Source: Perkinsus olseni (lineage: Eukaryota). Taken from it: 35,722 nucleotides of DNA. The stretch lies in NCBI GenBank assembly GCA_013115125.1, contig JABANN010000358.1, forward strand, positions 1 through 35,722, in the 5' to 3' direction. Both the position numbers and the translations under genes were made by a program. The notes beneath the pieces were generated by a model. It did no database searches. It saw nothing but the letters and a program-made list of their open reading frames with translations, and had not been told where the DNA came from. Below, piece by piece: positions 24,027 to 32,825 of this stretch. Numbering within the stretch: position 1 is the first letter of the stretch; each line of letters begins with the position of its first letter.

Positions 24027-27000
24027 ATGCTGGTTACTAGCAAATATAACAACTATGAGATGACTATTGACCTACTAAGACCGATCGATGAATCGTCCGC
24101 GAGTGTTGACGATCGAAGGCGAGGGGTGACCGTTGTGAAGGTTAGAAAACGGCGCCGAGAGGCGTGCTGGAAATGGCTCACTAAAACTAGGGTAAAAGCT
24201 GATGCATAGCGAGATGGATGGGACTCACTTCTTTATGTAGTCGGATAAGAAATATCTTTGGTTGAAGCGAGACCATGACAGTTGGAACAGCGATGATTGC
24301 CAATTCGCAAAGGAACAGTGGAGAAGCTCTTACTTGTACCACACCAGCTCGATCAGAGCGCGATTAACCAACCCCCCCCCCTCAGCTACAGTATCCTCTC
24401 CAAGAAAGAAGTTCTCTGAACGATTACTCGATCTCGCCAAGCTGCGCCTTTCCAGCCCGTACTGTTGTGTCGTCAATTCTGCAGTAGCAGCATCATCATA
24501 CTGGAAGGTGCCGTGAGTACCATCAGTATTTGTAATGGTAGTGCGACTTGAACCTGGTTCGGAAGGCTCTGAACCCGACGGTAAGGTTGATAGCAGTGAC
24601 ATCATGACAGGTGAGTGACGTACGGTCGTTTCTGGGTGTTCGTATCAGTGATGGCTGTATTGGTCACCCACTGTGTCCCTCTGCACGATGCCACACGGGC
24701 CGGATTCGACGGCTGTGGAAGAGGGAATGTTCTTCCTCATCAGTTTAGAAAAAAAACTACTTCTTCAGATGCACCCGCCGTAGGGTTCTTCTCGTGTGCT
24801 TTGTCGCTGACTGAATGAATTCCATTTCCACTTGGTGAAGAAATTTAGATTTGAACTCCGCTGATGGCACCAATCAGGTTGTGATGAAGAGAAGGGGGAG
24901 AGGGAAGGACACTCTCCTCCCAGTCCTGGTGGCAGTGAAAAATTCGACCCGCAGGCGGAGCGATGTGAGATGCATACAGTTAGACCAACCTTTTCTGAGT
25001 ATCCCAATCTACAATGGTCGATCGACTAATAGTAGCATACGAAATCCCGAAAGATATCACTAATAATTTCGTAAAAAAGCGCACCTCGGATCGAAGCACG
25101 CGTGATATACTAATACCGTCTTTTCGGATACTCGTAATCACCGGCCTGCCCAGGACGGCTCCCTGAATCGCTCATGACTTACCGACTTTCACGCTTAGAA
25201 GGGGCTTCTGCAATTCAAGTGAAAATTTTGGCGGATTGTGAAGAATGTAGTCTTTTGGGTAGCCGTCAAGCTTACCACTGGTAACACTAGGCCACGAAGG
25301 GAGGGAGTAAGAATTGCACCTATGCATGTATCTGCTTGCAATGGTTGTCTACGCTATAAGAGAAATGGATCACTACTGCGCAATAAGCTGTACGCGTACA
25401 AGACTGTGGCACTATGCTCTATCACAGCATCAGTTCTGCCAGGTGCAATGCTGGAGTTAAGGCTGTTGCATCACGCAAGAGAGATCGAGTCACTCAGGGA
25501 ACAGCTCGGTGAGCGACGAGCGGTTGATAATGGAAAGGTAGCATAAAATTCTTGTGTAGCTATAGCGGAGTTGAATGGCCCGAAAGACGAGTTGAAAGGA
25601 CGCCTGATGGAGATGGTCAAGAAGAATCGGAGTTTGACGGTGGGCTTGAAAGGAGGGGCGTCAACCATTGGGGACTCTAGGGCGAAATGGTTAGTAAAAT
25701 CCTGAAAATTTCAGGAAAATCATAGCGGAGATATTTTCTCCACAATTTCAGGCGTGTGAAATCTAATTTTTGACCTGTTGTATCTGCATCACCAACGATT
25801 TAGCTTAGCTTTAGCATGGCTTCTTATCGGGGCAAGATAGAATCAGCGATATATACATCATAAAATTATATGTTCATCAACCCTGATCAAGTCATTCACT
25901 ATCGTCAACCCCAACGGGCAGCACCGTGAGTAGGTGTCGCTGAATTCTAAGGAAGCACGTATCAAGGCGCTGATGGTGGAACTTGCTACTGCGAATGAAG
26001 GGAAGGGGAAAGACGAAGGCGTTGATGTTGTGGAGGCCAACGAGTACAAAAATAAGTACATGAAGATGGCCAATGAGATGCAGGGCCTCCGGCAGGATCT
26101 CACCAGCGCCAAAGGGCAGGGTGAGACGGGCCAGTCTGCTGCTATTCGGGAAGGTGATGACACCCCATCATTTCTCATCAATTTTGATGTAGATTTTCTC
26201 GTAACTGCAAATACGATTTTCTCAGTGTCTCGGATGAGGAAGATATTGCTGGCGGAAATAGGCGACCAGGTGACTGTGGAAGAGGTGAGATGCTTTCGAG
26301 GAACAGATCCCTCGGGGGTTTTGGAGATTGGTATTAAGTAATAGAAGTTGACAATGCAATATTACAATATGTAAAGCTGGACAGGTATCGATTTTGTGAT
26401 GATCGATTTCAGCTAGCGGCACGTGTGCTCATACTTCCTCTCGACAGGCTCCTATCAGTCCAGTTGCATACTCATATCATTGCCTCACAGCAGCTTGGTG
26501 TTACGCGAATTTGACGTAGTTTCGTTGATCCTGTGATAACGTACGTATTAAGTGAAGTAAGATGTCTAACATGAGGACAACGCGACGCGCTGAGAGTTCT
26601 TTTCCTCATCGCCTTGAGGTCATCTCCGGTGGGTCGGCGGGCGAAGGTTATGAGGGACGTGCGAAGACGATAGCGAGGTTGAAGCGTGAAGTGAGAGCCC
26701 TGAGGATGCAGTTGAAGTTGCTGAAAGATAAAAGTGTGGACCGCCGCAGTAACGCTCGGGACAGCTCCTACGCAGGCCCTACTGGAGAACAGCGGCCTCG
26801 CCCATCTCAATTGGGGTGAGGTTAGAGTGTCTTCGGTGCTGTTGTTGTGACTGTGGTGGCTGCAGATGGGAAGGCTCGGATAAGTCGATGAGCATCGGTC
26901 GACTGGCTGAGGAGAGAAGGAATCAGCTCAGCGAACTGCAGAGGAAGGTGGTGGAGTTGAAGGGCAGGTTGAAAGAGGCTCAGAAAATTGGCGAAGCGGT

Positions 27001-28355
27001 GAAAAGCCGCAGTCGAACCCTGACGGAGCGAAACGCCGAGTTGAAAGAACAAGTATCGCGGCTGCTCCGATAGGGTGATGAGGAATGGATGGTGGTCAGA
27101 TAGCGACGCTACTGGAGAAGAGCGATGGTGATGATAAGTTGATCGCGGAGATGAGGGGCTATCTGGACCGCAAGATCGAGCGTGCTGATCTCCCTTCCTT
27201 TCCGGCAGAGGGTGACGCTGACGGCCGAACAGTGTGAGTGGGGCGATGCAGGCGGTGCAGGTCGGGTAGGGAAAGTTCAGCGGGCTTGTTTATCATATTG
27301 TAGCTCGACAGACGGTACCGATAGTGAGTCTGAGGATGTTCGAAGCATCGTTCCTCGATCTTGGGGGAGTCTTGTTGTTCCTCCACCGTTATCATCTGCA
27401 GTGGCGGTTATTGGGAGACTGCCAGCTTCTACTGGGTGACTCCGTCACACAAGAAGGAAGACAGCCAGGGGTGACGGGAGACACCTTGTGACCACTAGTT
27501 TTTTTTGTAGTAGCGCTTGTGTCCTGCAGCAACGTAGATCTCGTAGTTGTTTCCCTCTAGCACGAGTCCAAGTAGATGAGCTGGGCCTAGCGTGGATGAC
27601 AGAGTCCTAGGGGGTAGCGTAGAGGTCGATAGACGAGATCTCACGAGTAGTAACAATTGGCCTGGGCTTCTAGCTCTCAGCTATGGTACAGAGAAGGCAC
27701 ATACGTACGGACGTCGGCTTGGTGATCATTGCTTCACTGAGGTCTGGACCCTTCGAACGGAGTAAATTTGGCCGCAGAATTGAAGTGTGTTTAGCACCCA
27801 TCCTGCTGGACAGGGCCAACCCTTCTCTCGCATTATCTCCACTCCGCCGTCGCTCGTGAAATTAACAATGATTGGCTGGAAGTTGATATTTACGTTGAAC
27901 AGAATAGGTGCTATCCTGAGCTGGAACGGCTAAGGTCGGAGAACGAGACGCTGAAGGAACAGTGCCGAACACAGAAGACAATAATTGAAACGGTAGGGTG
28001 CAGATCATCCTAGGGTTCTGTCGGTCGACATGGGATGACCCTTCTCTCGTTGTAGTGCGTAACTTTCATGACGTTTCACGCTGAGTTTAACACGTGATGA
28101 TATGTTGTCAAGCAACGCGCGATCGAATGCTACCTGCGGGGGCCTAGGGAAATTGTTTGCAGGGAGAAAAGTCGTGCAGAGGTGACAAAGAGGCGTGGAT
28201 TTCGAAATGACTGAATATTTGTGATTAACACTAGCCGAGTGCATGATGCACTCATGATCCAACTTGATGGCCGAGTAGCCGTGTCTTAACGATACTTTCC
28301 GCAGCTGAGCACCAAGCGACGGCAGAAGAAGAAATGTGATCTGGAGGGAGGATGA
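24027..28355 (+). CDS. CCDC13: CCDC13-like coiled-coil (cilium/centriolar satellite-associated) protein, multi-exon
   Basis: RLMEMVKKNRSLT, LLAEIGD...GYEGRAKTIARLKREVRALRMQL and SRSRTLTERNAELKEQ|IATLLEKSDGDDKLIAEM resemble CCDC13 blocks as I recall them (WRGRAQQI..., LVEKGRHDDELI). Likely last exon LSTKRRQKKKCDLEGG*. 5' exons uncertain. Confidence 0.65.
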
Positions 28356-28567
28356 CACCCATGGCGCTTCGACCTCGTCGTTTCTTTCATTTCCTGCTTT
28401 GCGTTGCATAACATGGACCGTCGCTCGTCTCAACCGTACCCGCGCCATTGAGGTGCTGGTGAACAGCATTGGCCGCGAGCTTAAAAGCGAAAATTCATAG
28501 GCGGTTCTTTTATCGGCGATGAGCCGCGAGTTCCGGAGGCACCGATTCGGGAACGGTAAATTTAGAA

Positions 28568-28640
28568 CGATCTCGGTGGGACTCGAACCCACAGTCTGTG
28601 GTCCCGAAGATCAATACCTTATCCGTTAGGCCACGAGACC
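28568..28640 (-). tRNA. tRNA-Arg(TCG), degenerate, probable pseudogene
   Basis: GGTCTCG TG GCCT AACGGATA AGGT A TTGAT CTTCGGG ACCAC AGACT GTGGG TTCGAGT CCCAC CGAGATC G. Acceptor and T arms and the A/B boxes are intact; the anticodon stem has two mismatches. Confidence 0.8.
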
Positions 28641-30433
28641 TCTGTCTGAGTTTAGTTAGACCTACGCCCTCGACCAACTACTCTTATTAAAGGACGTAAT
28701 TCTATCTCTGTAAGGGCCCCTGCTTTGGCAATTCTCCCTCGTTGAAGTCTATCGTTTTCTCGCGTGAGATTCTCACAGTGAGCTACGTTGAAGCATCACC
28801 GATCTTCCCGCTAGGGTTTTCATTAATCACTGCCTCCATGCATCGGGTACTACCAGCCACTCAAATGCCCGAGGTCTACGAAAGAAGGATCTTCCCTTTC
28901 GCTCCGTCCCCAACACCTTCGGCGCGGATTCTTAGTGGCCACTCAAGCGGTGAGGGCGTGTCGCTGTTCGACTTGACCAGTCGTCGGAGGCCTACAAGGT
29001 GCAGCCGCCCTCAGGTCGGAACAGCCGCAGGCGGTCAACTTCTGAGCCTCGATCCGCTCGAAGAGGGAGGGTTTCCATGGCCAGAATAGAGGCTGATCGA
29101 ATCATCGAGAAGCCCCAAATGACCATCGGAGGTCGCGAGGCGGTTGGTTGTCGCATCTTGCACGACGGGAGAGTCCCTATTTCAGGTTGGGAGGCGACCA
29201 TCCCCGGCCCAGCAGGACAGGGCACCCTCGGCAGCAGAGCTCAAGGATACCCAGAACACCACTACGGGGAAGGGAACGAGTAGCCATTCACCTTCATGGG
29301 CTTGCCTGTAGCGGTGTTCAGGACCTAAACTTTAGGTTCGGTCATTGGTCAACAGCGAATGATGTGCATCCTCTGATAGCGTATGGGCAGCTAGGCAGAT
29401 GGAGCCTCTCTAACAGAGAGTATGGAGGACATTATTATCATCCCGAGCAAGAGTGAGTATCTTAGGTTTAACCTGGCTCCTCGTAACAGTGCACCCTGCA
29501 GGTATAAAGTGGCACAAAATCCCCGAATGCCGAACCTTGTGGTGAGTCGAAGTCAGCTGGACAGGTTTCGGACCGATACCAATCTCATGTTTGACTGATG
29601 ATACTGTACCAGCCGCTCGTTGTGTCCCTCAAAGAGGTGTTCAGTTGAGTGGCAAACAGCAATAGTGAGGGCAATGGAGATTCGCCTGAAGAGCGTCTCT
29701 CAGTGGGAGCCCTAAGGATTCATGCGGGACCAGTTGATAACCGTTGCAAACCTAGGCTCGATCGCTGCTCTCCGCCCAAAACTCAACTCGCACTGTCCTG
29801 CCGATCGAACCTGAGCCGGGCATCCGGTTGCCATCCACAAGCTGGTAATTGGCACGTTCTGTTTAGGGTATCAAACAAGGTGCTCCACACGGTTCCGCAG
29901 AGGCACCGACTGGAAACCCTCTTCTCGACACAGAGTTTACGTTATTCAAGTTGAATGATCCAAGTTATGTTGCTTGATTCAACATCTATATCACCGGTTC
30001 GCATGTACTATTTGAACTGTACTTGCTCGTCGGAAATTTTCGTGCAGCCAAATGCTACCATTCGAACACTGACCTTCTAAAGGTCACCTTCACCTCAAGA
30101 GTACAAAACACTCTGAACTCGCTAAACAGTGTCCTTCGCGTGTTTGAAGCATCGCACCCTCCGTAGGATTTGCTGTCAGACAGTCTACGAGTTTTCATCC
30201 GTTGCTGGATGGTTCTTTCTTGCGGAGCAGCAATATATGACGAACAAGGCAGCGCGCAGCCAGGACCGAACTCTTGAACTATCCTATTAGTTCCGAGCAG
30301 TCACTAAAACTATCCCCACTTCAAACGCAGTAACTGCTGAGATGACACACTGCGTTGAACATGCAGTAAACTTATCGAACAACGACATCGGTGGGGATCC
30401 AACGCTAGCGGAATCAGCACCATGGTAGAAAAG

Positions 30434-31204
30434 CTATTGGGTATCCAGCCTTGGCCTCTTCAAAGGCGGTTCCTCGTCTTGTTCAGCGGATGGGCCCCTC
30501 TCTATGTGAGACAGTTGATCGGCCGTCTGCTGCACAATTTCTCTGAAACCATTTTCTGCGTATCTAAGCGCGATACTTGTCGAACCGAGCTGAAGGTGCC
30601 AGGAATTGACGTAACTAAGGACGATGCTATTGGCGTGTAACCCTGCAAGATTGAACACCCTCGCAGCGGCTGCGACCGAGGCTTGAAGTGTACCGGCATC
30701 CAACGATGTATCCAATTGCCAGAAGCCCTTAGTGTCCAGACCGGGTACCTTTTGTTCTACGCTACGGTACACCAGCGGGAGGGGTGGAAGCGAGAGGCTA
30801 GCAACGTACAAGGGCAATATCCCACCAGGTTTTGTGTACTTCATGTAAGGGACGTTGTGAGTGGGCACTATCGGTTCTATCGAGAGATGATGGAGATCTA
30901 GCTGTGCTCGCGCTTCGTCCAGGCTGGTCCTCGTGATGTTTAAGAACACGCCGTCGACTTTGCCAACCGCACCAGCACTTACCATGAGACCGGGCACCGG
31001 TAGGAGGAAGCGGTTCAGTACGAGAGGGATACGTGAAGCACCCTGCCGTGGTTCATTCGCCGAGGCCACGACGGGTGAAGTGGGACTCGATGGCGCCGAG
31101 TACTCGAGCTCAACCGGCAGTACGAGCTCAACTGAACTGCGCCTCACCACCACCACCCCCACCCCCACCTTCCTTCCCAAGAAGAGGACCCAACTCGCAT
31201 TCAT
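30434..31204 (-). CDS. Hypothetical 256-aa protein divergent from gag, possibly an accessory gene of the retroelement
   Basis: Long uninterrupted ORF with no recognised domain. Ends in an NLS-like PPLKRPRL. Confidence 0.55.
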   Translation of the reverse strand: MNASWVLFLGRKVGVGVVVVRRSSVELVLPVELEYSAPSSPTSPVVASANEPRQGASRIPLVLNRFLLPVPGLMVSAGAVGKVDGVFLNITRTSLDEARAQLDLHHLSIEPIVPTHNVPYMKYTKPGGILPLYVASLSLPPLPLVYRSVEQKVPGLDTKGFWQLDTSLDAGTLQASVAAAARVFNLAGLHANSIVLSYVNSWHLQLGSTSIALRYAENGFREIVQQTADQLSHIERGPSAEQDEEPPLKRPRLDTQ

Positions 31205-31542
31205 TCGACATATGGCGATTCTAGTTCTCGCGAAGATAACTTGTTATCGTATGTTAAATACGGGGACGCGAGCGGCGCTTCAGTGCGTGGCTGACGGGGA
31301 CATGTCACACACTCCGCGTGCGCAACCGTGGGTCGGCGTTTCGCGCACGCGTGCAAGATGCGCATGCGAGATCCACCATGGAGCTGTCAAGGTACCCTTA
31401 TGACATGTGCATAGGTCATTTCTCGTAAACGTTACGAGTCGTAAGGTCACCGAACCTAGGTGAGTAGCATTCCGCTAACGTCTTCAGTCCAAGACGTGTT
31501 AGTTTTGCTGCAGCTTTGGTCTGTCTCCAGTACCCACGTTAA

Positions 31543-32703
31543 ATGTCCACCAGTGACGGTGATCGCAGCGAAGCGGCGAGCCTAGCCGACAGCATGGCCG
31601 AGGGCCCCGCTGAGTTCGAGGTCAACGGTATCCGTCCGCCTGACGAAGCCGCTGCCAACAACGCGGCCCCTTCCGAAGCTGGTACTCCTCCCGAGGCTCA
31701 GGCTCAGCCTGCTCTCCCGGCCGAGGCCCTGGACTTCATCAACGCGTCCATGTCCAAGGAGGCCGCCGCCGACGTCGTCGCTGTCCTGAAGAGGCGCGGT
31801 GTAACCACGCCCGCTATGCTCGAGTCGCTGGACCCCGATAACTGCACTATCTTAGCCGATGACCTAGCTGACAAGGCTAATCGTCTGGGTCTGCGTGCCG
31901 TCGGTCGTTTCTACGAGGAGAAGGCGGCCAAAAGGCGCCGCACGGTTGCTTCCACCAAGGAGAGAGATTTCGAGACCCTCCTCAGACGACTTCAGGATGA
32001 GTGTGCCGGCAAGTATGACGGGTTTCGTGTACCAGGCCGTTTCCTTCTGCCTCCTAACTTATTCTTCCGCCTCCAGAAAGGAGAAGAGGTTCACTTGGAC
32101 CAGTTGCTGGTGAGCTCTGCCGCGGCCGGCGACACCAGCCACAAGTTCACCTTCGATACGGAGGCTCAGACTTTTAAGGTCGAGGACGTCAGTGGCAAGT
32201 CCAAACCCCCGGTATGCCAGAGTGCCGGTCTCATGCTGTCCATGGCCAGATGGGGTTTGTCAGCCTCGTTATTGAACCAGCTCCAACCCATCCATGCCTT
32301 GTGCTACATGGCGAGGGTGGCGGAAGCGTGTCTCAACTGTGCCGGCGGCATCTCGGTGATGAAGGCCATAGACATCGACATGCGCTCCGAGGCACGTCGC
32401 GGTTCGAGCACGAGTCCCCTGGGGGTGCAACTGACCCAAGAGTTTGGCGACATTGTGGCTCGTCACTCTGCTGCCGGTCAAGTGGCAGCTTGTCTGTCTA
32501 CCAGCAGTCGGACTCACTCGTCTGACAAGAACGGATACTCGGGTTCTGGTCGTGGCCACAACCAAGACCGGCTCTGTCACTACTTCCCGCTTGGGAAGTG
32601 CCATGCTGGTAACAGATGCAAGTTTAAGCACGTCACGCCCGAGCAGCCAGCGGGGAGGAAAGTTAATGGCCCGAAAGACTCTCACCAGAGATCGGGTAAT
32701 TGA
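31543..32703 (+). CDS. gag: Gag-like ORF1 with C-terminal CCCH zinc finger
   Basis: 386-aa ORF. CHYFPLGKCHAGNRCKFKH = C-x7-C-x5-C-x3-H. Basic KAAKRRR motif. Lies directly upstream of the RT ORF. Confidence 0.8.
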   Translation: MSTSDGDRSEAASLADSMAEGPAEFEVNGIRPPDEAAANNAAPSEAGTPPEAQAQPALPAEALDFINASMSKEAAADVVAVLKRRGVTTPAMLESLDPDNCTILADDLADKANRLGLRAVGRFYEEKAAKRRRTVASTKERDFETLLRRLQDECAGKYDGFRVPGRFLLPPNLFFRLQKGEEVHLDQLLVSSAAAGDTSHKFTFDTEAQTFKVEDVSGKSKPPVCQSAGLMLSMARWGLSASLLNQLQPIHALCYMARVAEACLNCAGGISVMKAIDIDMRSEARRGSSTSPLGVQLTQEFGDIVARHSAAGQVAACLSTSSRTHSSDKNGYSGSGRGHNQDRLCHYFPLGKCHAGNRCKFKHVTPEQPAGRKVNGPKDSHQRSGN

Positions 32704-32825
32704 TATTACACGGCATATGCGCCTACGGCTCTTCGTTCTCTTTCGTCTCTCGTCTTCTGAGCTCCAATGTGAATGAGTTCGTTGATTTGGCGATGATTGT
32801 CCGTTGACACGGGTAGTCGAGTAGT

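Noticed and set aside
25700-25760. Short palindromes (TCCTGAAA-A-TTTCAGGA etc.) in an intron
   Set aside because: Arms of 5-8 bp in AT-rich DNA; not distinguishable from background.
27533-27645. Possible hairpin/ncRNA in a CCDC13 intron (CGTAGATCTCGT / ACGAGATCTCACG)
   Set aside because: Short, imperfect arms built on a self-palindromic AGATCT core, asymmetric spacers, and no snoRNA boxes.
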